64,000 bases of DNA, from the NCBI GenBank assembly GCA_964234715.1, contig OZ174275.1; one strand, 5' to 3'. The translations under genes were made by a program, and so were the position numbers. Shown piece by piece: positions 36,516 through 49,099 of the stretch; positions within the stretch are counted from its first letter, which is position 1; the number at the start of each line of letters is the position of its first letter. The DNA comes from Podarcis melisellensis. Lineage: Eukaryota. The notes beneath the pieces are model-generated. The model did no database searches and was not told the DNA's origin. It saw only the letters and a program-made list of their open reading frames with translations.

Positions 36516-38149
36516 CATGTAGAGTAACCTCTGCCTTTTGCAGTGGCTGCAATGTAACATCCACAAGGGTGAGAATTGCATCCATTGCTCCACATCACTG
36601 GCATGTAGACTGGGAGCTTCCCCACAAGGAAATGTGGTCCCCCAGTCTCATTTGAGCTTGTTTGAACAGATGGGCTTCCCACCCTGGGTAGCAGAATGAA
36701 ATTTCAAAAGATTTTTTTTCTCTTTCCCTTCATTCACATCCAAGGGGATCAGGGTGGCTAACACGATTCTCCCTTGCTCCATCCCCTTTTGCTCTATTGC
36801 AAAATGGAGCATCTTAATTTAACTTTCATATCATGGTCGCTCCCAGGGTGTCTGCATGGTCTAATTTTCACTTATAGAATGAAAGCAAATAAAAGCAGCT
36901 GTTTACCGCAGCCTGCCTGTTGCTGTTTCTTACCCTCCGTGTTTGTTCACTTTGGCAATTCAATTTATGTGCGCTTCAGCCCTGTCAGAATCTATTATAT
37001 CGAATCTTCTTTTAAGTTGTTAAGCTAGAGGACAAACTTAGATGTTATCTTCTACAGCTCAATTGAAGACAGAACATGAGCTAAGCAGATTCAGCAGTGA
37101 GCAGACACAGTGACAAATTTCGTCCCAATCACATTTTGTCAGGAGAATGTCAGCCTTGTCAGCTCTCAGTGTTAAATAGCTCATTGGACGGGGTGCTAGT
37201 TAGATAGCTTTCAAGCTGGTTCAACCAATTTATTGCTTTGGGGGTGGGGGTGGTTTTTTTATTTAAACCGACTCATTTCAAAGCTCTAAGCAGTTTAAAT
37301 GTAGACTGATCAACAGTTGTAGATTGATTAATTTGGTATGGGGCAAGTTTTCAACGGTGGGACTGTGACTTAGGGATGTGCTCACCTCCATTTTGAAGCT
37401 GTTTTGGTTCCATTGTTTTATTGCAATTGGAAATCACAATGCAGCCTTTTGCATTTCATTAGTAAGTTATTGTTCACTACATTAAGCATTTCACCTGTGG
37501 TTTTGGTGTTATCCCAATGTGAGTTAATCTGCTAGACAACAGGTAGTTGGTTAATCAACTTTAAAAACAACAACAAAAAACTTGTTAGTTGATTTTCCTA
37601 TTTTCTGGGCCTTTTTTTTTTGGCAATCGGTTATTTTATCAACTCACATCATTTCTTCTGGAGCACTGTTGATACACCCCCTCCCCCAGTGTGGGTGGAT
37701 GTGCATGCATAAATTGTAAGGACACTGACTAGGATTTAGGTCTAATTGAGCTGTGGGGCTTCCAGTGCTTAGGACTGTGCTCATTAGCCATGAATAATAA
37801 CCAGAAGTATTTCAATTTAGTACAAGACAGTGGCGCGTCCTGCAAGAACTCCGATGTGGGGGAAAGTGCAATAAAATATAGCATACAGCAACAGTAAATT
37901 TTGCAAGGCATTTCCTCTGGAATAAAGACCCTTCGCAAGAAGAAGGCTGTTGGACCAGAACAAAGGTCCAGCTGGTCTAGCTTTCTCCTTACCAGAATGG
38001 ACAGCAAGCTAGATGCGTTTGAGATGCCCACAAGCAGGACATGAAGGCAGGAATGCTCTCCCATGCTGATCTCCACCAACTGCTTAGGAACACGGGGCTT
38101 CTAAAATATCCCTCATCATCGGAATTGAGGGGAAGAGAACTGGAATAGA

Positions 38150-38352
38150 GCAAGAGGTTCCCAAACTGTGGTCCGCAGATGACTGTCACTTAAGTGGTCC
38201 ACAGCCTGACTGTAAAAATAGAATTGAAAATCATACAGCACCTAGCACTGCTCATTAGAATTACTGCAACAGGAAGAAAAACCATTTAAGTAGCTTACCA
38301 AGAACCTCAGCAGTTTACAAGTGGTTCAGAAGGGGAGTTGGGGGAACCACTG
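38150..38352. mobile_element. hAT-type MITE, old
   Basis: Imperfect inverted repeats caagaggttcccaaact...agttgggggaaccactg. Confidence 0.55.
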
Positions 38353-39344
38353 TAATAGAGTATCCTGGAAGAGGTGAGTTGTTTGGAACACAGTACAGGA
38401 CCACTCCATGCTGCACTTCCCACTTGTCACCTGTTTAGGGAAGTTTTTAACATTTGATGTTTTGTCGTATTTTTAATATATAGAGTGGCTGGAGAAACCC
38501 AGCCAGATGGACTGGATAGAAATAATAAATTATTATTATATATTATTAATGTCATAATGTCATAGCTGTTAGCCATTAGATTGACCTATCCTTCGTGGAC
38601 TTATATATTCTCTTTTCAAAGCCACCTAGTCTAGTGCCCATTACCACATTTTGCAGCAGCAAATTCCATAAACTTGCTCCCCTTTTGTCTGTTCTGAATC
38701 TACCCAATTTTATTAGACTCCTCTTTGCCCTTCCCCATAATAATAATAATAATAATAAATCTGAATAATCAAAGAAACATATGTGGTTTGTGCCAACTGC
38801 AGCAAGACCCGTCTGTTGAAAAGTTGGAATAAAAGACTTGGGCTCTTCTTTTCAGGGGTTCTTTGAGCTTGAAGAGCAGTGTCTGCTTCCACCTCAGCCT
38901 AGAAAACAGCTGTTTTTTTCTTTCCCCCCAATGATGGCATATCTCTCGGTAACTGAGCCCTTGCTGGTTAAACGAGACAGCAGAAGGAGCCAATATTTGT
39001 AGCCATGGCAGCCAGCCATTTACGATTGCATATGGCTGGGATGGCAGAAGGCTGCTTTCTTGTAAGGAGGTCAGGGCATATGCAGTATTAAAAAAAAAAG
39101 CGCCAGCAAGAATACCCAGCACTGTGAAAACTTTTCTGTACATCATGTACAGTAAAAGGGAGAATTGCTCCCTATGGAGAATGTGATCGGCCAAAAGGCA
39201 TAAACTATTTTCCCCCTCTTAAAAAAGAGAGAGAGGGAGGGAGGGGTAGGGAGAGGAGAAGCAGTGTTGTGTGTAATGCCTTAGAGGGAAATAAATTGGT
39301 GAAATTATTGTTGGTGCTCCAGGTTTGCTGCCCAGGACTCCTGA

Positions 39345-39345
39345 T

Positions 39346-39395
<50 letters not shown>

Positions 39396-39838
39396 TTTTA
39401 TTTATAGCCCTCCCTCCCCCGGCCAGAGCTAGGCTCAGAGCGGCTAGCACCAATAAAATTTCAGTAAAAACATAATAAGGAAAAGAAAAAATAAAAATAA
39501 AAATAAATTTAAAATACAGGTTAAAATGCAATTTAAAATGCAGCCTCATTTTAAAAGTCAAAACCATAAGGGGAGGGAAACATAAGGGTCAGACTGAGTC
39601 CAAACCAAAGGCCAGGCGGAACAGCTCTGTCTTGCAGGCCCTGTGGAAAGATGTCAAGTCCCGCAGGGCCCTAGTCTCTTGTGACAGAGCGTTCCACCAA
39701 GTTGGGGCCAGTATTGAAAAGGCCCTGGCCCAAGTTGAGACCAACCTAACCACCTTGTGACTTGGGATCTTCAAAATGTTGTCATTTGTGGACCTTAAGG
39801 TCCTCTGCGGGGCATACCAGGAGAGGCGGCCCCGTAGG
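39345..39838 (-). mobile_element. L2 LINE 3' fragment (second subfamily)
   Basis: RLSWYAPQRTLRS...RAFSILAPTWWNALS...FHRACKTELF, with microsatellite tail at left. Confidence 0.8.
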
Positions 39839-40189
39839 TTAAGTGGCATTCTCCACCCTGCACACTCTGAAATCTGCCACAGAGGTCTTGCTTTTGTTGC
39901 CGTGGCCTTGGAAGGCTGCAGTGAGCAGGGTTTTTCTGTTGTGATCCCCACTCTGTGGAAGAGCCTTCAGAGGGAAGTCAGTTTGGCCAGGCAGGACAAA
40001 AGGAAAATGAGAAGACTCAAGAGGCTGGAGGCAGCGGCAGGCTGTGGGTCCATAAGGACAAATGGGGCTGTGCTCCACAGAACTCAGACTGCCTTTTTAT
40101 AACCAGCCACCAATCCCAGCTTCTCCATTATGAAACCCTTCATCATCTGGAGATTAGCACCGTTTTGGAGGGGGGAGAGAAGACAAGCA

Positions 40190-40445
40190 GGGGGCATGGC
40201 AGATTTATAAAACGATGCAACGCTTTGCAGATAATGGATAGGGAGATCTAGATGCTAGAGATACTGGACTCCAAAGTCCTCCAAGTGAACACTGGAGATT
40301 CTGGAGAGACAAAAGGAGAACGAATTCACATAGTGCGTAGGTAAACTGTGGAATTTGCTACCTTGAGATGTAGTGATTGCCACCAAACTGGACCACTTGA
40401 AAAGAAGGTTGGATAAAGTCATTGAGGATATGGCTGCTGATAACT
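40190..40445 (+). mobile_element. Old CR1 fragment
   Basis: ttcacatagtgcgtaggtaaactgtggaatttgctacc...aaaagaaggttggataaa resembles the CR1 ORF2 end. Confidence 0.6.
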
Positions 40446-41530
40446 ATAGTCTTGGGAACAGAGGCTGCATGCCACTAAATACAGTTGCTGGGAAAACAGA
40501 AAGCAACCTTAAACTGCATCAGACTGTTACTCCATCCAGCTGCCAGCTGTGGACTGAAGCAGGCACCTTCTGCATCTGAAGAAGCGAAAATGAGCAGGAA
40601 AGGGCTATCTTCATTTTGGGTTTCCCATCACCACCTAGGGAAAACAGGTTGCTGGACTTTTTACCTTCCAGTTCATTGAGAAGTCAGGAAATGATTGCAG
40701 ATTGTGCAAACAGAGAAGGTGGTTGGCCCTCCTTTAATTTTCTATTAAAATGCTTTCTTACTGGCTGTTGCTATGTGTGTTCTTGGATTTGTTTAAGCTT
40801 TTCTTAGGTTTCTCTTAATATTTTATCCTTTTTGCACTGTAGTTTATCTTTTTATTGACTTGCAAGCTATTGCAAGATTCCCCATGAGGGGGTGAACAAC
40901 ATCCTTGGGTGGAAATTTAAAAATGGATCTAACCAGTTATTTGTGAAGGTCAGTAATCTGCTCACACCACAGTTGCTTATAAATTTCGGTAGTTGGGTTG
41001 GAGGGGAAGGGAATGCCAATTATTGCACCATTTTACTTAAAAGGAAAGTGGAATATTCTCTGTACTGCAGCGGAGCCTAACTTCTTTCAGGGTGCATATG
41101 AACCCTCCTCATCTGTAAAACAAATGTCAACAGATTCTGGTTTCCCTGGGGACTTCTTCAACAGCTTGTTCCTAATTGGGAGGCGAGGATGTCTTCAGGG
41201 TATCGTTGGGAAGTGTGGTTTCTCCTATGATGCCAGCACATTCCGGTTGCAGTGGCTAATCAGTATAATCACCACCATTCTTGTCTCTCTCTCTCTCTTT
41301 TTTAAAGAAGACCTTTAATGTCTTCTGCACTGATGCTTAATGATGTGAAGATGCAACTAAGTGATTATCCATTAAAATCACCCCCTAGCTGTCTATGCTG
41401 CACTTACCTCTTGGTAGGCCGTAACTTTGCTCCCTAAGGTCCTGTGCGAACTGCAGTTAAGCAAATTGGCACCCCACGTACGATGCTTAACAAAGGGTGG
41501 GTGGGGAAGAGAAGCCCCTCCCTGGTGGAG

Positions 41531-41910
41531 AAAAGGTAAAGGACCCCTGGATGGTTAAGTCCAGTCAAAGGCGACTATGGGGTTGCGGCACTCATCTCGC
41601 TTTTTGGGCCGAGGGAGCCGGCCTTTGTCCACAGACAGCTTTCCGGGCCATGTGGCCAGCATGACTAAACTGCTTCTGGCGCAAGGGAACACCATGACGG
41701 GAACCAAAGCGCACAGAAACGCCGTTTACCTTCCCGCCGCAACGGTACCTATTTATCTACTTGCACTGGCGTGCTTTTGAACTGCTAGGTTGGCAGGAGC
41801 TGGGACAGAGCAGCGGGAGCTCCCCCTGTCATACGGATTTGAACCACCGACCTTCCGATCGGCAAGCCCAAGAGGCTCAGTGGTTTAGACCACAGCGCCA
41901 CCCGCTTCCC
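41531..41910 (-). mobile_element. Sauria SINE
   Basis: AAAGGT tail at left, head accacagcgccacccgcttccc at right. Confidence 0.9.
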
Positions 41911-42141
41911 TGATAGGGTAGGGCTGATAGGGTAGGGCTCCCCTTAAACCGGGGTCTAGAGCCCAGTTCAGAATGGAGCTGGCTTAAGGGGTATCATGAA
42001 TAGCCTTAATGGAGAACTGTTTAACAGTGGGGATGGATTTGCTACAAGGCCATTGAGAAGGATTTGTTAACTGAGTTTTGACCAGGGCAGACTTACGTTA
42101 GTCTCCTCAGCTTTGTATTAAGGGGGCAAGTTTTAACAGTA

Positions 42142-42372
42142 CAGAGGTACCTCAGGTTAAGAAATTAATTGGTTCCAGAGGTCCGTTCTTAACCTGAAAC
42201 TGTTCTTAACCTGAGGTACCACTTTAGCTAATGGGGCCTCCCACTGCTGCCACACGATTTCTGTTCTCATCCTGAAGCAAAGTTCTTAACCCAAGGTACT
42301 ATTTCCGGGTTAGTGGAGTCTGTAATCTGAAGTGTCTGTAACCAGAAGCGTCTTTAACCCGAGGTACCACTG
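42142..42372. mobile_element. Tc1/mariner-type MITE
   Basis: Inverted repeats CAG(A)GGTACCTC...GAGGTACCACTG, TA flanks. Confidence 0.85.
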
Positions 42373-42373
42373 T

Positions 42374-42539
42374 AAATAGTACCTTAGGTTAAGAACTTTG
42401 CTTCAGGATGAGAACAGAAATGGCGCGGTGGCAGCAGTGGGAGGCCCCATTAGCTAAAGTGGTACCTCAGGTTAAGAATAGTTTCAGGTTAATAATGGAC
42501 CTCCGGAACGAATTAAGTTCTTAATCCAAGGTACCACTG
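42374..42539. mobile_element. Inverted, truncated copy of the same MITE
   Basis: Approximate reverse complement of 42142-42305. Confidence 0.8.
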
Positions 42540-44111
42540 CATCGTCTTTTCTTGAAATATCAATAGAGGAAGTGGGCCAGACTGCTTTGGTGGCTCTGGT
42601 GTACAGTTTTTATCAGGGTCTTGGCAGGGAATATGACTTTAGAAGGGAATTAGATTTCTCAAAGGTTAGACCTCAGAGCAGTATTTATTTTATTTTATTT
42701 ATTCTTTATTAGATTTATAAACCACCCTTCATCACAAGATCTCAGGGCGGTTTACGGGATAATCACAGTGGATCATCCTTCTGGGTATTGTTTTCCAGCG
42801 GTACTGTCCCTGTCCGACTGATGGTTTCACGTTTTTAAATGCTGCTAGGAATCAACTAGGCCATGTTGTTGCTACTGCTTCTCATAACGACAAGTCTCCT
42901 ATAGCTTAGTGGGAAGGTGCCCTGCACAGTCCATCTAACCAACATTTCCATTCTTTTGCCTTCCGTGACCTGGGTTAACCCTCGCACATTTCCAAAAACC
43001 TTCCAAACATTTTGAAAATCCTGTGCATATTTACTTGGAAACCATTTAAATTACGCAAGCTAAGCAGACCACATTTATTCAGATAACAGAATTTGGAGTT
43101 TTAAAAGCAAAACACCCACAGCCCAAGGGAGGGAAATGCATTGCCATTGTTTGTTTGAGCGGCCGTAACATTTTGGATGCTGTTCATCGGTGTACACTAA
43201 GACACCGTGAATCTGAAGAACAGAGAGAACTGGATAAAACAGATTCCTCTGACTTTTTTAATGATTATTTTTAATGCATTTTGTTCCCTTCCTTGTAGTC
43301 TTAGGGTAGCTTACTGTAATTATATACACAGAAAATACTGCTGTAATAACCTTCTGCACAATCAGCCCTTCACATATTTGCAGCCTGAAGACAAATGCTT
43401 CGCAAAAATTAAAATAAATTCAATTTTAAATGAGATAAAGTGTTTTTGTAACACATTTTAAAGCAGCCAAAGGAGTAGGCGATATGCTTCAAAGTGTGCC
43501 TTTGCAAGTACTTATTGGGCCAGTTCAGAACATAGGTAGCAAATTGAACCTCCTCTGGGTCCTCGGTATTACGCCAGAAATGGATTGCCACGCAAGACCG
43601 GCTGGCTGTTGCTTCTGTATAATGCCACTCCTTGTTTCCATAGCAAGCTGCCCTCGGAGTATTACTCTCCAGGGCTTCAGGAATCTTAACGTTGCTCTCA
43701 GGTGAACTTTCTTGCAACTCTGCCAGGTCTTTCTTGTTTATTTATTTGACTTACTACAACAAAATCTCAAGCAGCCTAGGAGAAGATTAAGAGCCCAAAA
43801 TGGGTCACCAAAAACCCAAATATATAGAGAATCATGCGGGATGGCCCTGAGCCTGAAAATTTTTATTGTTGGTGCAGAGTGACCTGATGTGAATTTATTA
43901 TTAGGCGGTGGTTTGTTAACTGAGCTGTTACTAGCTGATCATTCTCCTAATTCTCGTCAAACGCTTTTCCGTGGGATCTTTGTTTTTCATTTTGTAGCAG
44001 GAAGGGTGCCAGTTCAACTGGTTCTTTAACATTTTCTAGATAGACTTGTTCAACCTTTTCCTTTCTGTTTCACACACAGGGTCTAACATTTTGAATTCTT
44101 CTTCCGTTCAG

Positions 44112-44163
44112 GTTAAGACCCTTGATTTCGACACAGCTAGCAAAAAAGCCTGCAACAGAAGAG
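44112..44163 (+). CDS. BRF1: BRF1 52-nt coding exon
   Basis: ttccgttcag|G TTA AGA CCC...GAA GAG|gtacgg gives (R)LRPLISTQLAKKPATEE, matching human LRPLVSTQPAKKVATGE. Phase 2 in, phase 0 out, fitting both neighbouring exons. Confidence 0.93.
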
Positions 44164-45236
44164 GTACGGTGTTTTGTTTGAACCTTCTAAAAATCCCAGG
44201 ACCTGGAGAGTCATCTGAGTCTTTACATTTGCTCTGCAAGCCCTTTTCTTCCATCCAGCTGTTCTCTGCTTCTTTTGCACTGTGAGGCAGAATGGGATAC
44301 TGGGTGACTTCTGGTTCCTTCTAGCTATATGATTCTGAACTGAGTAGGACCTCAGCCAAAAAATCATCCCAGAATAAAACAAGGTGCCTCTTCTATTCTT
44401 CCCCAACACACACTGTCACTACTGGCTGAACTAAAATACCAAACCAGTGCATACTGGTAGTTTGCAAAATGTGTGCAATACGCTTTTACTCAACCCCTAG
44501 GCATAAATCTCTGAACTCTTGCACCTTTCTAAACTTTTGCTATCTAGATTTGACGGCTTGACATGTTTTTGCTAAAGTGGGGCAAGAAAGCACACACATC
44601 CTTCGTGTGAATTTAAAAGCCAAACTTCGGTTCAGTTCAGAAACCAATTCAGGAAGTTCTGCTAAAAGAGGACTTTGACAGCTTCACATTTAAAACGATT
44701 AAGAACACGTGATTCCATCCTCCACCCCCTGCAAAAACAGCTTGCGCTCATGTCAAGGGAAATAATTTTAATTTTTTTCTGCTTTGTGTGCACCCTCATT
44801 AGAAAAACCTGCACATTTTTAGAACGGAGACATTCAGGAAATGGACATGATAATTAGAAGAAGGTCACGTTTTAATTAGGGTTGTGCAATTTTTTTAAAA
44901 TAATGGTTCAATTGTAGCTCTTTTAAATTCAGCCATTCCTCTGTGAAAACATTCAAGGCAGATGGAAACTCCTGGCATAACAATTAATATAAATGGGGAT
45001 GGTGTTTCTTCTACCACTGTTACTGCCTTGTCTGTTTCTTTTGATACCTAAATTCCCTGCAGCGGAGTACAGGAGATCTGGGGTTGCATAATTGTCTTGG
45101 AAAGCAAGAACAGAGGTAACATGAAAGGGAAAAGCTCTTATCCTCTTGACCTATTGCTGTTAGGATTATTTGGGGCTGCCCTTGAGGATCTCTGCCTTTC
45201 AGCTGGCAGGATGGGATAACTGGAAACCAGCTACAC

Positions 45237-45372
45237 CAGGCTTCCTCAACATCAGCCCTCCAGATGTTTTTGGCCTACAACTCCCATGATCCCTAGCTAG
45301 CAGGACCAGTGGTCCAGGGTGATGGGAATTGTAGTCTCAAAACATCTGGAGGGCCGAGGTTGAGGAAGCCTG
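45237..45372. mobile_element. Palindromic hAT-type MITE
   Basis: CAGGCTTCCTCAAC...GTTGAGGAAGCCTG with internal ctacaactcccat/atgggaattgtag arms. Imperfect 8-bp TSD. Confidence 0.8.
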
Positions 45373-46456
45373 AACTACAGCCATATCCTAGCCAACTCCT
45401 GCACTAGTTATTTATTGTCTGAATAGTTCTGGTTTCAACTGGGACCTCGTTAATCAAGAGAACTTAGCTGCTTCTGCTTTGCTTCACTGTGTATTTATTA
45501 TTATCAGAATACTAACAGCCTTGTACCCAGCTTTCAGCTCAGAAATTCTAAGAAACAAAACAAAAAAATCAGTGCAGTTTTGAAAGGTTCTGCCATCTTG
45601 ATTCGAACGCTGCCTTATTGTATCCAAACATAAACGAAAACTGACTCCTTGATCTCAGGAACTGCCATGCAAAATGAGGTTGCCGTACCTTAATAGGTGT
45701 CCAAATGCAGAGTGAACAGGCAAACAGCTTTCCAAAATATATAGTAGATGTGTCTCTTGTCTTTTTGAGGGGCTCCACAGGGCAGCTAAGTGACATTAAA
45801 GACCAGTGGTTGTGCCCAGTGCTCATGCAAGGAGATAAATAACTATACGACTTTTAGAAGACATCTGAAGGCAGCCCTGTATAGGGAAAGTTTTAATGTT
45901 TGATGTTTTCTTATGTTGGAAGGCACCCACAGTAGCTGGGGCAACCAGTCAGATGGGAGCACAGCACATCCCCTTGCAGAGCAGTTGCGCAAAAGCTTGC
46001 ACAGCTAGAAGTCTTGTGAAACTTGCTTTTATTTTCCTGTTTTCTGTATGTTGCACTTCTCTGTCTCTTTGTAAATATCCCCTTGGTGTCAAATGAGAGT
46101 TGATGGTCTGGTTGCCAGTTCACTGTGTATCAGCGATGCCTCTACAGCAGATCAAACTGCCTAATTAGGAGTTCAGCCCATTGGTCCAAGCTGTTTGCTC
46201 TGCTCCATTTGACAAGAGCTTCAAAAAGTCTCAGGCACGAGTCTTCTCATAATCCTCATAGGTCACATGCCAGAGGTTGAACCCATCCCCATCCATCATC
46301 TGGCTTCGGCTGCTCATGCTGCCAAGCTTCTGGTCCAACAAACATTTTGAAGTTTTGTTTTATTATGACTTTTTGTATTGGATCAGATCATGTGCTCTTT
46401 GTTGTATATCCTGTTGCTGTAAACCTCCTTGTGTATAGTAATGCAGAAAGGCAGTA

Positions 46457-46699
46457 CAGTTGTACCTTGGAAGTTGAATGGAATCCATTCTGGAAGTCCG
46501 TTCGACTTCCAAAACGTTCAAAAACCGAATCACAGCTTCTGATCGGCTGCAGGAAGGTCCTGCAGCCTATCAGAAGCCCTGTCGGACGTTCGGGTTCCAA
46601 AAGAACGTTTGCAAAGCAGAACAATCACTTCCAGGTTTTGCGGCGTTCAAGAGCCAAAACGTCTGAGTTCCAGGGCATTCAGGATTCAAGGTACGACTG
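46457..46699. mobile_element. Tc1/mariner-type MITE (13762 family)
   Basis: CAGTTGTACCTTG...CAAGGTACGACTG, TA flanks. Confidence 0.8.
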
Positions 46700-47353
46700 T
46701 ATACAAATTAAAAAGGAAATAAAATGAATTGCAGGGGGCTGGACTATATAACTCTAGGGTGTACCTTCCAACTCTATGATTCTGTAATTCTCTGATTCAT
46801 TCTACACTTGGAGCAGGTGTTGCACCAATCAGTTGTGGCCCATCTCCTAATTAAACAGTTGGATGCAAAATTGCACAATGAATTGTTAACTCTTTCTCTA
46901 ATTGCAACTGAATGGTACCTAATTCACTGGGCGTTGTGCACATCACTTTGTTTCATTTTGTGCCTACACAATTGTTGCACCTCAGAAGGTTTGGATAAAG
47001 GCAGACCTATTGAGAGAAAACACTTACAATTTCCCCCGAATAGTTTCCCCAAATAGTGTCGCTTTTAAGAGCTTGTACCTTGTTACGTGCTAATATCCAC
47101 CTGCCACATCTTCCTCATTCAGTCTTTGGCCATGCTTTGAAATATCCAAACAACTCTGAATTTGCACAGGAGAACGTGAGCTTCCCCCAGAATAGCTCTA
47201 AGCTTCTTAACGAGGAGCTTTGATAGGGGGACAATAAGGAATCTGCCAAGCGATTTTCTCTTCCTTTCAGTTGGGGATTTTAAAGGGGAAAGGTGAGAGG
47301 CGATGGGTCTAGGTTTTTCTTCTCATTATTATTGCTTTTCTTATCCTTTGCAG

Positions 47354-47522
47354 GCAATCTTTCCAAGCACTCAGACAGAGGCCCAAGCAGCTGAAAAGCC
47401 AGCAAATGTATTGGTAGAATCCGGGCCCGTCTCGTACAACCATGAGGAAGAAGTGGAAGAAGAAGAAGTTGAGGAGGAAGAGGAGCACTGCATGAGTGCC
47501 CTACAGCTGATGGGGGGAAATG
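47354..47522 (+). CDS. BRF1: BRF1 penultimate coding exon, 169 nt
   Basis: cctttgcag|GCA...AAT G|gtaggt. Encodes [56 protein letters not shown], matching human [10 protein letters not shown]...CVSALQMMGSN. Confidence 0.95.
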
Positions 47523-48909
47523 GTAGGTTTTAACTTCATCCCTTGCAATCACCCACCCACTTAAAGAAAGGCCAAAACCCCTCCTTACCCCAGTAATGGC
47601 AGCTCTATACTAATGTTCCAGATACCTTTCTCTCCAGCTCCTGCACTTCTTCATCAGTGCAGGTAAGCGAAGGATCCCATGGGGCTACCATGGATTTAGG
47701 CTGCCAACCTTCTTCTGTTGTTGTGATGTACACCATGACAGTACTTCCAGGCTTGAGTAACGCTCACAAACATTTCTTAGCAAGACAGTCTTTCGGAGGT
47801 GGGAGCCATCGAGTCGATTGAATTCAGCGTCTACAGACAGAGCTGAGAATACACTCCGAACTTGGGGGTGCAGCATTATTGCTGCTCGGAAGCTTCTCGT
47901 TACAGTGTAAATATGTATAGCCAAAGACTTGACACAGAACCCACTAATTGTGGTGCCTGACAGTGTCAAGGGGAGAAGGCTGGTGCTGGAGTGTTGATTA
48001 TTTACTGCGCCATCGTCTCAACACCCTTAATTTCGCACTGGTGCCGTTTTCAGCTTTTGTGCATGGTCTATAGAATAATCACAACAGAGTGGTTTGATCC
48101 GAGTGGAAAGGGGTCATTCAGACTGCAGGAAATTCTTTCTCCTCTAGGAAATATGATTAGAATTGCACTCCCAGAGAAATGCAGCCAGAGATGTGTGCCT
48201 GGGCTGAATGAAGCTGAAAGAATTGTAATGATAATAATTTTGTATATTAAATAGTATCAGTACTAGTAACTGTACAAAATTAGTTAGAGCTCGCTGAATC
48301 ATTTCCCCTCTACTACTATAACTGTTTTAAAAACCATTCTAAACATATTTTTGTCTCCCTGTTATGCAAACACTGATAAATTTGCATCACAAATTTGCAT
48401 CACAAGTGTTCAATTGCACCGTGATCCAGGCCAGCTGACCATCTCATCTGTGACTCTTAGAGCCACGCAATTCCCATCCTTTGGAAATTTGTCAGTGCTT
48501 TTTAAGGCCCTCCTTGTTTCCTCAAGCCAGTTAGTTAGTCAGCCTAGGGATGTTGAAAGCCAGATATTGAAAGCAGAGAAATGTACTGATAAGAAAATCA
48601 AGATTAAAGTATACCCCTAGAGATGAACATCTCCATCAAGAGGGAGAAAGAGTTGTGTTATTGCATGATCCACTAAAGCATTTAGCAAGGATCTATAGCC
48701 ATATGCTCAGCACATCCGTAAAATTGCAACCAATTAAAACCCTCTTTGTAAAAGAAAGAAATAAAAGAAAATGCAGCAGCAGCTACAAATAGAGCTACAC
48801 CCTTTGGCAATCATTTCTACATACATTTGAAGAGACAGTGTGGTATAGTGGTTGGCGTGTTGGACTTAGACTGGGGAGATCCAAGTTCAGAAGCTTGTCT
48901 CTTAGCCCA

Positions 48910-49099
48910 NNNNNNNNNNNNNNNNNNNNNNNNNNNNNNNNNNNNNNNNNNNNNNNNNNNNNNNNNNNNNNNNNNNNNNNNNNNNNNNNNNNNNNNNNNN
49001 NNNNNNNNNNNNNNNNNNNNNNNNNNNNNNNNNNNNNNNNNNNNNNNNNNNNNNNNNNNNNNNNNNNNNNNNNNNNNNNNNNNNNNNNNNNNNNNNNNN
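48910..49099. other. Assembly gap (N run)
   Basis: Run of n. Confidence 0.99.

Larger units (their letters stand above)
2908..44111 (+). other. BRF1: BRF1 intron, 41,204 nt
   Basis: GT..AG between two exons that join in frame (GGG AAA AG|G TTA). Confidence 0.88.

Noticed and set aside
41911-41939. TGATAGGGTAGGGC x2 as a telomere-like repeat
   Set aside because: Simple local 14-bp duplication beside a SINE, not TTAGGG.
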